Shown here piece after piece: positions 8,616 to 18,543 of a DNA stretch of 64,000 nucleotides. Each line of letters starts with the position of its first letter. The first letter of the stretch is position 1. A program made the position numbers and the translations under genes. The stretch comes from Candidatus Daviesbacteria bacterium (GTDB taxonomy: Bacteria > Patescibacteriota > Microgenomatia > Daviesbacterales > UBA10151). The stretch lies in NCBI GenBank assembly GCA_030699125.1, contig JAUYKM010000011.1:36937-100936 (forward strand). The letters are read 5' to 3'. Below the pieces are notes generated by a model that made no database searches, was not told the DNA's origin, and saw only the letters and a list, made by a program, of their open reading frames with translations.

Positions 8616-10094
8616 ATGTTGCCCGATCTTTTTAATCAGGAATATTTTTTGGCATCAAATGCATTTCTCATTTTCCTTTTAGCCATCATCTTGTCTCTTT
8701 ACATATCATTCAGAAGAAAAACTCAAGATCTTCAAGAGAGGAATAGAAAATTATCTGCTTTGAGAAAATTAGATCAGGTAATGATGTCTTACTATACTGA
8801 TTTAGAGGAAGTCGCGCAAAAAATTACCGATGCTTTTGCTCTGGAATTGGGATATGAAAATATTACGCTTTTGGTACTGGATGAAAAAAGGCGCTTGTTA
8901 AAAAGTGTGGCCATGTCTAATTTGATGGCGGGTTCAAAAAGGGGAAAGATTGAAATCCCTCTTTCTGATTCTCAAAATATAGCAGTCCAGACAGTTTTAG
9001 AGGGTCAAGTTAAACTTACCCAAAGTTCCCAGAATGTATTTATCCCCCTTTTAGAGCAAGGCAAAGGAGGAAATCTGAATCAGGTTCAGCGCCCCAAAAC
9101 TACAGTCGTTCATCCCATCAAAGCCAGGAATAAAGTGATTGGAGCGATGAGTATGACACTGAATAAAGCCAGCAGTCTTGATGTCCATAAAGAAAATATG
9201 GAGGAGCTTCTGGATGTGATCGGGGCTTCTTTAAATAATGCCATACTTTATCAGGATCTAAAGGTGATGGGTTGGCATCTTGCCGAGGCCAATAAAAAAA
9301 TGCAGGATCTGGATCAAATGAAGGATGATTTTGTCTCTGTTACTTCTCATGAGCTGAAAACTCCCATGACGGCCATCCGCTCATATGCCTGGATGGCCCT
9401 GAATAAATCAGATGTTGTCCTCTCTGACAGATTGAAAAAATACCTTGTCAGAGTTCTTATTTCAACGGAAAGATTGATCAATCTGGTCAATGATCTGCTT
9501 AATATCTCGCGCATCGAATCAGGAAGAATTGAAATAAACCCTGAAAGCGTGGATTTAATTTCCCTTAGCAAAGATATCCTTGACGAAATCTATTATTCAA
9601 AATCCACTCAGAAAAATATAAATTTTGTTCTTCTGGAACAAAAATTGCCCAAAGTATTTGCTGATGGAGAAAAATTAAGGCAGGTATTTTTAAATCTAGC
9701 AGGAAACGCTGTTAAATTCTCACCAGAGGGCGGTAAAATTGCCATTGGCTTTTTTACCGATGGAAAAATAGTAGAAACCTATATTAAAGATGAAGGCCCG
9801 GGTATTGATCAGGAGGATTTAGGAAGGTTATTCACAAAATTTGGCAGATTAGATTCCTCATATGAGGCTACTGCCGCAACCGGAGGGTCAGGATTAGGTC
9901 TTTATATTTCCAAAAATTTAATTGAGCTCATGCATGGTAGGATTTGGGCAGAGTCAGAAGGATTGGGGAAGGGAACCATTTTTAAGTTTTCCCTGCCCAT
10001 TGCAACAGAAGAGGTATTGGCGCATCCGGAGCAATTTAAGGTACGGCCCAAAGGAGAGGCCAAAGGTTTGGAGCCGGCAGCTATGCCATTGTAA
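8616..10094 (+). CDS. Sensor histidine kinase (TM, GAF-like, HisKA, HATPase)
   Basis: H-box VSVTSHELKTPMTAIRSY; N, G1 (DEGPGI), G2 (GGSGLGL) boxes. Confidence 0.85.
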   Translation: MLPDLFNQEYFLASNAFLIFLLAIILSLYISFRRKTQDLQERNRKLSALRKLDQVMMSYYTDLEEVAQKITDAFALELGYENITLLVLDEKRRLLKSVAMSNLMAGSKRGKIEIPLSDSQNIAVQTVLEGQVKLTQSSQNVFIPLLEQGKGGNLNQVQRPKTTVVHPIKARNKVIGAMSMTLNKASSLDVHKENMEELLDVIGASLNNAILYQDLKVMGWHLAEANKKMQDLDQMKDDFVSVTSHELKTPMTAIRSYAWMALNKSDVVLSDRLKKYLVRVLISTERLINLVNDLLNISRIESGRIEINPESVDLISLSKDILDEIYYSKSTQKNINFVLLEQKLPKVFADGEKLRQVFLNLAGNAVKFSPEGGKIAIGFFTDGKIVETYIKDEGPGIDQEDLGRLFTKFGRLDSSYEATAATGGSGLGLYISKNLIELMHGRIWAESEGLGKGTIFKFSLPIATEEVLAHPEQFKVRPKGEAKGLEPAAMPL

Positions 10095-10097
10095 TAT

Positions 10098-10475
10098 ATG
10101 AAAAGGATTTTAATCGTTGAAGATGATCAATTTTTAAGAGAATTTTATCAGGAGCTTTTAGAGGCTGAAGGTTATATTCTTGATACAGCATCAGAGGGAG
10201 AGACCGGTTTAAGGAAAATCCAACAAAATGAATATGATCTGATTCTTTTGGATATAATGCTTCCCAAATTAAACGGCATCCAGATTTTGTCGCAGCTAAA
10301 AACGCAAAGGGCTAAAAATGCTAAAGCTCCCATTGTGGTGTTAACTAACCTGGGCCAGGATGTTACCATAAAACAGTGTTTTGATTTGGGAGCGGCAGGT
10401 TATCTGATTAAATCAGCTCTAAACCCCGATGAGGTTCTAAATGAGGTAAAAAGCTATCTCCAAAAAACAACTTAA
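10098..10475 (+). CDS. Single-domain response regulator (CheY-like receiver)
   Basis: ILIVEDD...DLILLDIMLP...K motif set; adjacent to the kinase. Confidence 0.85.
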   Translation: MKRILIVEDDQFLREFYQELLEAEGYILDTASEGETGLRKIQQNEYDLILLDIMLPKLNGIQILSQLKTQRAKNAKAPIVVLTNLGQDVTIKQCFDLGAAGYLIKSALNPDEVLNEVKSYLQKTT

Positions 10476-11218
10476 TGAAAATTATTTTCCAGGATGAGTT
10501 TTTAATGGTTATAGATAAAGAGGCGGGTTTGGTGGTGGATCGTTCCAACACTCAAATAGGGGATACTTTGGAAGATATTTTAAAAAAAGAATATGCTATA
10601 GAGCTAGAAAGAGGAGGAATTGTACATAGGTTAGATAAGGATACATCAGGAGTATTGCTGGTTGCCAAAACCCAGGAAGCTTTGGAGAATTTACAAAAAC
10701 AATTCAAAGAAAGAAAAACTAAAAAAGAATATGTGGCTTTGGTCCACGGAGTGTCGAGAGAGGCAGGTAAGGTAGAAGGTAATATCGGTAGGAACCCCAA
10801 AAAGAGGGAGAAGTTTGTTGTACTGGAGGAGGGCAAGGAGGCGGTAACTGAATATAGTCCAGAGGGGAATTTTCAATTTTCAATTTCCAATTTTCAATCA
10901 ATCTTCAATGACTTAAACAAGATACAAATGAGAAAGCTGGAAAGGATGAATTACAATCAGTTTACACTACTCAAGTGTAAACCCCTGACTGGACGGACAC
11001 ACCAGATTAGGGTACATTTAAAATATATCGGACATCCGGTTGTTTCAGATGAGAAGTATGTGGGTAGAAAGATATATAGATTAGATAAGAGGTGGTGTCC
11101 GAGATTGTTTTTGCATGCTGAAAGGTTGGGGTTTTATCATCCCAAGTCCGGCGAATGGATGGAATTGGAAGCTAAGTTGCCGGAAGATTTGATGGCGGCT
11201 TTAGATAAATTACAATGA
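10475..11218 (+). CDS. RluA-family pseudouridine synthase (no S4 domain), carrying an in-frame tandem-repeat insertion
   Basis: Catalytic HRLDKDTSG; TGRTHQIRVH. An AATTTTCAATTT repeat encodes NFQFSISNFQ in the middle. Confidence 0.8.
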   Translation: MKIIFQDEFLMVIDKEAGLVVDRSNTQIGDTLEDILKKEYAIELERGGIVHRLDKDTSGVLLVAKTQEALENLQKQFKERKTKKEYVALVHGVSREAGKVEGNIGRNPKKREKFVVLEEGKEAVTEYSPEGNFQFSISNFQSIFNDLNKIQMRKLERMNYNQFTLLKCKPLTGRTHQIRVHLKYIGHPVVSDEKYVGRKIYRLDKRWCPRLFLHAERLGFYHPKSGEWMELEAKLPEDLMAALDKLQ

Positions 11219-12921
11219 ACAATGTTTTTGTACAGCTGGCTATAATTTTGGGATTGGCTTCATTTTTGGGATTTTTTATCCATAAAATGAAGCTGCCGCT
11301 TCTGATTGCTTATCTTTTAGGAGGATTGTTAATAGCTCTTTGGGGTATTTTTGATATTAGAACTTCTGAGGCCTTATCATTTTTACCGGAAGTGGGATTA
11401 GCCTTTTTACTGTTTTTAGTAGGTATGGAGTTGGATTTAAGAGAGATCAGAAGCTTTGGTAAACCTATTATAATCAGTGGAATATTGCAGGTGGTCATTA
11501 CCACTATTCTGGGAACATTCATTGCCCAGAGTTTTAACTTTTCCTTAATTGAGGCAATTTATCTGGGGGTGGGATTGTCTTTTTCCTCAACCATTGTGGT
11601 AGTTAAGCTCCTCTTGGATAAAAAAGATTTAGGATCTTTATATGGAAAACTCTCCCTTGGGATCCTGCTTTTAGAAGATTTATTGGCTGTGGTGATTCTT
11701 CTGGGGTTAACCTCCACCACCTCTGTCTTGGGTTTGGGATTAACCCAAAGCCTGCCGATAGTCTCATTTATGGGGAAAGCTTTAATTCTTTTTTCTTTGG
11801 CTCTTCTTTTAAGCCATTATATTTTAGGGACTATTTTTAAAGCAGTTTCCGAATCTTCCGAACTGCTGTTTTTATCAGCATTGGCCTGGTGTTTTACTTA
11901 TGTGACTTTCTCACTCCTGTTGGGGTTTTCTGTTGTGATAGGGGCTTTTTTGGCAGGGGTGGCTTTGGCTAACTCGCCTTATCATTTTCAAATTCAGGGC
12001 AAAGTGAAGCCAATGAGAGATTTTTTTGTGGCTTTGTTTTTTGTTTATCTGGGAACGAAAGTCAACTTTGCCCATATCGGTGAAACATACCAGCTGATTT
12101 TGGCATTTACCCTGTATGCCGTCTTTGTAAAACCCGTCCTCTTTTTACTGCTTCTGGGCAGTTTTGGCTTCAGAAAACACACCATTTTCCAGTCAGCCAT
12201 AAATTTATCTCAAATCTCGGAATTTTCCCTGATTATTATTTTGGTGGGAGCGGAGCAGGGATTGGTGGGGGAAGGCGCTCTAAGTGTGATTGCATCTTCA
12301 GCTCTTTTGTCCATCATCATCTCGTCGGTATTTATCTCCCAAGGGAGAAAAATCTATAAATTAATCGAGAGTTTTGTAGGATTTTTTGAAAGGGGACATC
12401 AGGCCATCATTGGAGAGGAAGCACAACATGAGCTTAAAGAGCATGTGGTGTTAATCGGCTCACATCAGGTGGGCGAGTTTTTGATCCGGTTTTTGCAAAA
12501 GGAGAAAACCCCCTTTGTTATTTTGGATTTTAACCCATATCAGGTGGAAAAATTAATTGCGGAAAAGATTCCGGTTATTTTTGGAGATATGGGGGACCCG
12601 GAAGTGTTAGATGTACTTAATCTGGAAGAGGCCCACCTCGTAATCTCCACAGTGCCGGATCGGGAGAATAATGAACTTTTGATTGAGGATTTAAGAAGCA
12701 GAAGTTTAAAAATACCGATCATTGTCCGCTCTGACAGCTTTAAGGAAGCTAAGCTGCTTTATAAACTGGGGGCTAATTTTGTATTCTTGCCGGATGTGGT
12801 ATCAGGGGAATTCTTGGTGGAAATGTTAAAAAATCATCTCAGTGACCGGGATTATTTTGAGGAAAGGCCCAAAATTGAGATGGAAAAGCTGTCGCGCAAA
12901 AACCTAGCCTGGCAAGGATAA
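11215..12921 (+). CDS. Kef-type monovalent cation:proton antiporter (CPA2) with C-terminal RCK/TrkA-N domain
   Basis: ~12 TM N-domain; Rossmann VVLIGSHQVGEF at the C-terminus. Confidence 0.8.
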   Translation: MNNVFVQLAIILGLASFLGFFIHKMKLPLLIAYLLGGLLIALWGIFDIRTSEALSFLPEVGLAFLLFLVGMELDLREIRSFGKPIIISGILQVVITTILGTFIAQSFNFSLIEAIYLGVGLSFSSTIVVVKLLLDKKDLGSLYGKLSLGILLLEDLLAVVILLGLTSTTSVLGLGLTQSLPIVSFMGKALILFSLALLLSHYILGTIFKAVSESSELLFLSALAWCFTYVTFSLLLGFSVVIGAFLAGVALANSPYHFQIQGKVKPMRDFFVALFFVYLGTKVNFAHIGETYQLILAFTLYAVFVKPVLFLLLLGSFGFRKHTIFQSAINLSQISEFSLIIILVGAEQGLVGEGALSVIASSALLSIIISSVFISQGRKIYKLIESFVGFFERGHQAIIGEEAQHELKEHVVLIGSHQVGEFLIRFLQKEKTPFVILDFNPYQVEKLIAEKIPVIFGDMGDPEVLDVLNLEEAHLVISTVPDRENNELLIEDLRSRSLKIPIIVRSDSFKEAKLLYKLGANFVFLPDVVSGEFLVEMLKNHLSDRDYFEERPKIEMEKLSRKNLAWQG

Positions 12922-12940
12922 GATAGGGTAAAATACCCCA

Positions 12941-14176
12941 ATGGTTCAGTTTAAAATTCTACAAAAAAGTGGGCGCTCCAGAGTGGGGAAGTTGACCACA
13001 CCCCATGGAGTAATTGATACACCCAATTTTATTCCGGTAGGGACACAGGCCACTGTTAAGGCGCTCTCAGTACGTGATTTAGAGGAAATTGGGGTGCAGG
13101 TAGTTTTAGGTAATACCTATCATTTAATGCTCAGACCTGGGGCGGATTTGATAGAAAAGTTTGGCGGACTACACAAATTTATGAGTTGGGATAAGCCCAT
13201 CATGACGGATTCCGGAGGATTTCAGGTTTTTTCACTTGGTGTGGGTTTAGAGAGCGGAGAGGGTAAAGTTTTAAAAGAGGTGGGAAATGAGGATTTAGTT
13301 AAAGGACAAAAAGTAAGACTTGCTAAAGTAGAAGAAAAGGGTGTGACTTTTCAATCCCATTTGGATGGCTCTAAACGCTTTTTAGGCCCTAGGGAGTCTA
13401 TAAAAATTCAACACCAGCTGGGAGCAGATTTAATAGTGGCTTTTGATGATCATGAGTCCTCAAAACATACAAAAGAAGAGATGAAAAGATCCTTAGAGCT
13501 GACAGAAAGATGGGCTCTGAGGAGTTTGGATGCGTATCGCCGTTGTCATTCTGAGCCGAAGGCGAAGAATCTCCCGCGTATGCGGGACTCAAACAATAGG
13601 CCATTAATGTATGGTGTTGTTCACGGAGGTACTAATAAAGAGCTCAGAATTAGATCTGCCCGCTTTACAGATGAGAATTTTGAAGCTATAGCCATTGGAG
13701 GGATTTATGGTAAAAGGCGGGATCTTTATCAAATTGTGGATTGGGTGGTGGAAAATATTTCAGAGGAAAAGATACGCCATCTTCTGGGAATAGGGGAGGT
13801 GGAAGATTTATTTAATGGAGTGGAAAAGGGGGTGGATTTGTTTGACTGTGTGGCGCCAATGAGACGCGCCAGAAATGGCTCTTTATATATTAGTCCCAAA
13901 AACAGTGGCAGTGTAAAAAATAGCTTTACCTTAAATATCAGGCTTTCCAAATATGCTCTGGATAAAAAACCAATTGATCATGGATGTCTCTGTTATACTT
14001 GTGGAAACTTTAGTCGGGCTTATCTAAATCATTTATATCGGGCCAATGAGATTTTATTTCATAATTTAGCCACATATCATAATGTCTATTTCATCACTAA
14101 TTTATTAAAGAAAATAAGAGAAGCGATTGGGAATAAGCAATTTGACAAATTAAGGGGAGCATTTTGCCCCCCTTAA
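12941..14176 (+). CDS. tgt: Queuine tRNA-ribosyltransferase (tRNA-guanine transglycosylase)
   Basis: TPHGVIDTPNFIPVGTQATVK, catalytic Asp region, Zn site CLCYTCGNFSRAYLNHL. Contains an in-frame GC-rich hairpin insertion at 13545-13590. Confidence 0.9.
   Translation: MVQFKILQKSGRSRVGKLTTPHGVIDTPNFIPVGTQATVKALSVRDLEEIGVQVVLGNTYHLMLRPGADLIEKFGGLHKFMSWDKPIMTDSGGFQVFSLGVGLESGEGKVLKEVGNEDLVKGQKVRLAKVEEKGVTFQSHLDGSKRFLGPRESIKIQHQLGADLIVAFDDHESSKHTKEEMKRSLELTERWALRSLDAYRRCHSEPKAKNLPRMRDSNNRPLMYGVVHGGTNKELRIRSARFTDENFEAIAIGGIYGKRRDLYQIVDWVVENISEEKIRHLLGIGEVEDLFNGVEKGVDLFDCVAPMRRARNGSLYISPKNSGSVKNSFTLNIRLSKYALDKKPIDHGCLCYTCGNFSRAYLNHLYRANEILFHNLATYHNVYFITNLLKKIREAIGNKQFDKLRGAFCPP
13545..13590. repeat. 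Family-B GC-rich hairpin element (GTCATTCTGAGCCGAAGGCGAAGAATCTCCCGCGTATGCGGGAC) in frame within tgt
   Basis: Homologous to the gyrA copy (GTCATTGCGAGCGAAGCGAAGCAATCT...). Encodes extra CHSEPKAKNLPRMRDS. Confidence 0.55.
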
Positions 14177-14202
14177 AGTTTTCAAAATTCTTTGCAAAGA
14201 AT

Positions 14203-14436
14203 TTACATTGCAGGCGCACCACCTGGTGCTCCACCTGGCTGTTCACCTCCACCTTGTTCCTCACCTGTACCAGCTTCTGGAGCAGGTACTGATGGTGATG
14301 GTTCAGGAGATGGTTCAGGAACTGTTTGATCAGTTGGAGTAGCTGGAGCGTTTGGATCTGCTGTCGGTACTCCTGCATTTGGATCAGTTGGCATTCCTCC
14401 ACCCATCCCGCCTTGATTTGGATCATTTGGATTCAT
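14203..14436 (-). CDS. Small Pro/Gly-rich low-complexity protein
   Basis: Perfect SD AAGGAGGTGA 8 nt upstream of the ATG. GC-rich, PxP repeats. Confidence 0.5.
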   Translation of the reverse strand: MNPNDPNQGGMGGGMPTDPNAGVPTADPNAPATPTDQTVPEPSPEPSPSVPAPEAGTGEEQGGGEQPGGAPGGAPAM

Positions 14437-14513
14437 TAAAATATCACCTCCTTTTTTGCAGTGTACATGAAAATCCCTTGCATGGTCAAGGCCCTAATGA
14501 GTACAATGTGGTT

Positions 14514-15587
14514 ATGCCCAAAAAATCTGCCCGAGGGCCCAAGCCACTCCATGGATGGAGACAAAAACAGTCTCGTACTAAACTAAATAACAAAGTTAAA
14601 CTGGGGTTTATTATCCTGACATTTCTAGCGCTGATACTAATCTCAGGCCAGATTATCAGGATTTTCAATACTGTTTTTATAGACTCCTGGAAATTATCAT
14701 CAGATCACACTAAATCTTTGAACTTTAAGTTTAATACCAATTTTATCTTAAGCTCTGATTCCATCTCCCTAGTCTCTTTTAATATTAAAGAGAAAAAAGT
14801 CACCCAAATTAGGATTCCACCAGAAACTTATCTTCAGGCAGGTCAGTTTGGACGCTGGCAAATAAGATCCTTATATAGCCTGGGGGAATCAACTCAGTCA
14901 GGCCTTGGACAGCTACTTTTAAGAGAGTCGATCTCAACACTATTTGGTGTGCCTATAGACGGATTTATCGGTTGGAATGATGAATCATCTACAAAAGATT
15001 CTGATCAGATCTTATCTGATATGAGACAAAAAATATTCGGTTGTTTGGGTTTATTTGCTCATATCGAGACAAATTTTACTCCTTGGGAACTAAACCGTCT
15101 TTGCTGGGAAATTTCCGGTGTCAGATTTGATAAAGTGGTAAATATTGATCTTGACGACTTTAATCTTTTAGATCAAACTAAACTGCCGGATGGCACCGGG
15201 ATCTTTACAATTGATCCGATTAAAGTTGATAGTGTGATCGATCAATTTGTGGACCCAACCTTAAGAGGTGAGAATATCTCTATTGCCATCTTTAATGCTA
15301 CTCAATATCCAAGTTTGGCCCAACACGCCAGAAGAATGATTGCCAACTTGGGAGGAAACGTTATTTTTATTGGTAATTTTAACAAAGAGCTAAAAACTAG
15401 TTTAGTAATGGGGGATAATTCAGAAACTTACAAATACCTTAAACAAATCTTTGTTTTGTGTGAAAAAACAAAAGATTGTGATAAGATTGAGCCGAAGGAG
15501 TTAGCGGCTTTATTTTCCAGAGCAGAGGTAAACATATTTTTAGGAGAGGATTATTATCAAAAAATTCAGATCCAGCCTAAAAATTAA
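14514..15587 (+). CDS. LytR-CpsA-Psr (LCP) family protein, membrane anchored
   Basis: IRIPPETYLQ (cf. IPRDTYV) and YSLGESTQ...LFGVPIDGFI match the LCP core. Start taken at internal Met to avoid overlap with the upstream convergent gene. Confidence 0.6.
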   Translation: MPKKSARGPKPLHGWRQKQSRTKLNNKVKLGFIILTFLALILISGQIIRIFNTVFIDSWKLSSDHTKSLNFKFNTNFILSSDSISLVSFNIKEKKVTQIRIPPETYLQAGQFGRWQIRSLYSLGESTQSGLGQLLLRESISTLFGVPIDGFIGWNDESSTKDSDQILSDMRQKIFGCLGLFAHIETNFTPWELNRLCWEISGVRFDKVVNIDLDDFNLLDQTKLPDGTGIFTIDPIKVDSVIDQFVDPTLRGENISIAIFNATQYPSLAQHARRMIANLGGNVIFIGNFNKELKTSLVMGDNSETYKYLKQIFVLCEKTKDCDKIEPKELAALFSRAEVNIFLGEDYYQKIQIQPKN

Positions 15588-15595
15588 AATCAATT

Positions 15596-16291
15596 ATGCT
15601 TATTTTATGGATAATCTTATTTCTTTTAATTTTAGGAATATCTTTTGCGCTGGCCTACTCCTCTATGAAGGATTATCAGCTGACTCCACAGGCTAATAGG
15701 ATTCATGAGCATGGTCTTTATCTTATCAGAAATCCCTCACTTTTTAATATCAACTTTTTAACTAATCTACATAAAATTCTTGTCGAAGACAAACAGATTA
15801 TCAGTTTTGAAAGGTTATTTAAGGGAGGGGAGTCAGCACTGGTTGTTTTTGGTTCTCAGGAGTTTCTTAAACCTTTGACAGATCAACTATCTCTTGTGGA
15901 GTTGGAAGATTATAGTGATATCAATAAAAATCTTGTTTATGCCTGGGAAGTGGATTTGAAGAATGAGGAGACATTTTTACAAGAGCCGGGGGATATTTTT
16001 AAGGATTTTCCTCACCTTTTGCCCCAAGAACAATTCTTCTGGCAGGTGGTTATAATGGCTGGAAATGAGAATGAATTCAGAATTCAAATAAGAGCCGTAT
16101 TTGTTTCTAATGATTCCAAGAGAAGAAAAGAGATTGGAGAAATCCTACAAAATTTCAATCCCAATATGATTAAATTACCTAAGGATTTTTCCTCAATCCA
16201 GATCTTGGAGCTATACCAAAAAAGAAGTCTGTCTCAAGAAAAAGCAATTACTCTCAAAACTGCCTCGATTATCAAACTTTTGAAGTTGTAA
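15596..16291 (+). CDS. Hypothetical N-terminally anchored protein
   Basis: ORF with N-terminal TM helix. Confidence 0.4.
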   Translation: MLILWIILFLLILGISFALAYSSMKDYQLTPQANRIHEHGLYLIRNPSLFNINFLTNLHKILVEDKQIISFERLFKGGESALVVFGSQEFLKPLTDQLSLVELEDYSDINKNLVYAWEVDLKNEETFLQEPGDIFKDFPHLLPQEQFFWQVVIMAGNENEFRIQIRAVFVSNDSKRRKEIGEILQNFNPNMIKLPKDFSSIQILELYQKRSLSQEKAITLKTASIIKLLKL

Positions 16292-16298
16292 TGCCTTT

Positions 16299-17021
16299 TT
16301 AAGATTCTTCTGATTCCTCATCTATCTGGTTATCTTCTTCATTATCAAAAGCGGTCAAAATCTCGTTTGAGTGAATCCTAGAGGAACCTTCCAAAAAGGA
16401 AGCCTGGTTTTTGAATCTTTTGGAGCGAAAAATTTCTCTGATTAAAACAGATAGACCGTTAACTCTTATAGATTTAATATAAAGTGTATACTTATTGCCG
16501 CCTCTTAGGAGTCTTAATAGATGATGACAGATATCGTCCGGTAGAACCCCTAAATAATTGCCTTCGTGATCGGCTACGGTCAGTTTTCGGTTCTTAACAA
16601 TCATTTCAACTGCCATTCCACAATAGATTTGGGACAATTTTTGGGGTTCAGCCACTTTTAAAAGGCTGACTATTTTGGTTTTTCCAGGCTCCTGTAAAAA
16701 GAGAGCCGGGGATAGTCTCATATCCCCATTTGTGATATGTGGTTTGCCACTAGATTTAAATGATCTTAAAATCTTTAAATTTTTTTGAGCTATGGGATTA
16801 TATGGGTCTACTTTTAAGACTTCACTATAAACTTTTTTGGCCAAATTTAGTTTACCCAGTTCAGTATAGGCTTTGGCTTGACGGTTTAGAGCATCAATAT
16901 TTTGGGGATCAAGTTTGATAATTTGTTTATTAATCCTTAAAGCTTCTTCCCATTTGCAATCTAGGGCCGCATCAATAGCTTTGTGATTAAGGGTTGAAGG
17001 AACTTGTGAGGTGGCATCCAT
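16299..17021 (-). CDS. TPR-repeat protein with acidic C-terminal tail
   Basis: N-terminal TPR-like helices (ALRINKQIIKLDPQNIDALNRQAKAYTELGKLNLAKKVYSEVLKVDPYNPIA). Confidence 0.5.
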   Translation of the reverse strand: MDATSQVPSTLNHKAIDAALDCKWEEALRINKQIIKLDPQNIDALNRQAKAYTELGKLNLAKKVYSEVLKVDPYNPIAQKNLKILRSFKSSGKPHITNGDMRLSPALFLQEPGKTKIVSLLKVAEPQKLSQIYCGMAVEMIVKNRKLTVADHEGNYLGVLPDDICHHLLRLLRGGNKYTLYIKSIRVNGLSVLIREIFRSKRFKNQASFLEGSSRIHSNEILTAFDNEEDNQIDEESEES

Positions 17022-17121
17022 TTAATGGTAAGCAAGTATAGATTGATAGCTCAAACTTGTCAATGTTTCGCAAATCCTTTGGGTAATGAATTTGCATTTT
17101 AAATGTTGAGTATATATAATC

Positions 17122-18060
17122 ATGCCTAATATGGGACAGCTCGAACACTTTATTGCTCCAGATATAAAATACCAGCAACTTTATCAGGATATATTAACAA
17201 AGAATCCTCTATCTGCTGGTGCTGCACTTTGGGAGGTAGGACAGACTCTGACTCAAGCAGGCTTACAGTTAGAGGCTGAATTAAAGGAGATATTTATCCA
17301 AACGCAACAAGTAAATCAGGATTGGGCAGAGGGTAGGTTTAGAGTTTTGCGAGAGGGGGAGGGAAAACAATTATTGGATGGTATGGTTGTTGATGAAGAG
17401 GGGAGAGCTGTGATTAGACCGTGGTCTAGCTTTGCAGATTACACTAGAGGAGATGATTTACCACCTACACTTGGGGAAATGAGGAATCTAATAACAGCGC
17501 AAGGCCGGTTACTTTTTCCTGTTACACCTTCTAGGGACAGTTTCCTTTTTTGGTTATATAGTGATCAAGCTTCAGTATTACAGCTTCTTGTAGAGGAAAG
17601 GTTGGATCAAGGATTGGAAACTAAACCTTATGCGATAGAACCGTCTATTGCACAAGCCATGCCTGATATGGTTATGACGGTAAGTATTAAAAGAGGTAAG
17701 GTTGGCATAGGAAAGTTTGCTCAAAAAGGGATGGTTTTGGGAATTGTAGGTTTTTGGGAACATACACATAGCGATTTGAGTGAAGGTAGAGGTTATATCG
17801 GAAAGGTACGCGTTGAGGCGTCAAAATTAACAGAGCACATAGAACTTTCCCCCTTGGAGAAGAGGGAAGTTATTCTTTCGGGTGGTTTACCAATGGATGA
17901 GAAACACAACGTCACTGTTTTAAGAATGGACCCGCAGATTGCCAGAAGAGATCTAATCGCAGCGGCTTTCCAAAAGTTTACCGGAGAATCTAAGCATCCT
18001 CTTGTGTTAAGGTTTAATGCTTACAGACCCTGGTTGGGTGAATTTCCTAAACACGGATGA
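17122..18060 (+). CDS. Hypothetical protein
   Basis: 312-aa ORF; no recognised motif. Confidence 0.4.
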   Translation: MPNMGQLEHFIAPDIKYQQLYQDILTKNPLSAGAALWEVGQTLTQAGLQLEAELKEIFIQTQQVNQDWAEGRFRVLREGEGKQLLDGMVVDEEGRAVIRPWSSFADYTRGDDLPPTLGEMRNLITAQGRLLFPVTPSRDSFLFWLYSDQASVLQLLVEERLDQGLETKPYAIEPSIAQAMPDMVMTVSIKRGKVGIGKFAQKGMVLGIVGFWEHTHSDLSEGRGYIGKVRVEASKLTEHIELSPLEKREVILSGGLPMDEKHNVTVLRMDPQIARRDLIAAAFQKFTGESKHPLVLRFNAYRPWLGEFPKHG

Positions 18061-18104
18061 TCCTCCTCTAGCATAATAAAAAGACAAAGGGGTGCTTTAG
18101 ATTA

Positions 18105-18194
18105 TTACTTTTTAGGAATCAAAAAGAAAACTATATAAAGATCCACCAACGTTAATATTATTGCAATGGTGAGGAGAAGTCCATTCATGTTCAT
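18105..18194 (-). CDS. Small single-TM peptide 3 (29 aa)
   Basis: ATG 6 nt after the peptide 2 stop; hydrophobic with a KK end. Confidence 0.3.
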   Translation of the reverse strand: MNMNGLLLTIAIILTLVDLYIVFFLIPKK

Positions 18195-18200
18195 ATTTCA

Positions 18201-18323
18201 TTACCTTTTTCTTTTTGCTTTTTTTTGAGAGTAAACAGTTAATGCACCAAACAAAGTTATTATACCGCCAACAATTAAGAAAAGATACGCAACAGTAATG
18301 ATATCGTTTTGAGATATATTCAT
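18201..18323 (-). CDS. Small single-TM peptide 2 (40 aa, C-terminal KKAKRKR)
   Basis: SD GGAGGAGG upstream; hydrophobic core plus basic tail. Confidence 0.35.
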   Translation of the reverse strand: MNISQNDIITVAYLFLIVGGIITLFGALTVYSQKKAKRKR

Positions 18324-18514
18324 TTAACCTCCTCCAAAAGACTCAAGCCGATTCTTAGACATGTGTATGCTAAGAATACGCTTACAAATACCATTATCAA
18401 TCGTACTTCAAAAGGTGTCACCACTGCAAGACCAAGACCACCCAGTATTAAACCCTTAGCTACATCAAAGAAAAAGCCTGCCAAACTTTTAGATTGCTCC
18501 ATATTAAGACTCAT
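18320..18514 (-). CDS. Small membrane peptide 1 (64 aa), first of a three-gene micro-operon
   Basis: Two hydrophobic helices. Stop overlaps the next ATG (ATGA). Confidence 0.35.
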   Translation of the reverse strand: MSLNMEQSKSLAGFFFDVAKGLILGGLGLAVVTPFEVRLIMVFVSVFLAYTCLRIGLSLLEEVK

Positions 18515-18543
18515 TACAAAATTATACTCCAGATGTTAAAATA

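Noticed and set aside
14097-14426. 109-aa Gln/His-rich ORF on the minus strand
   Set aside because: Shares the locus with the Pro/Gly-rich ORF (14203-14436) in another frame. The latter has a perfect SD at ideal spacing and this one does not. Treated as a shadow ORF.
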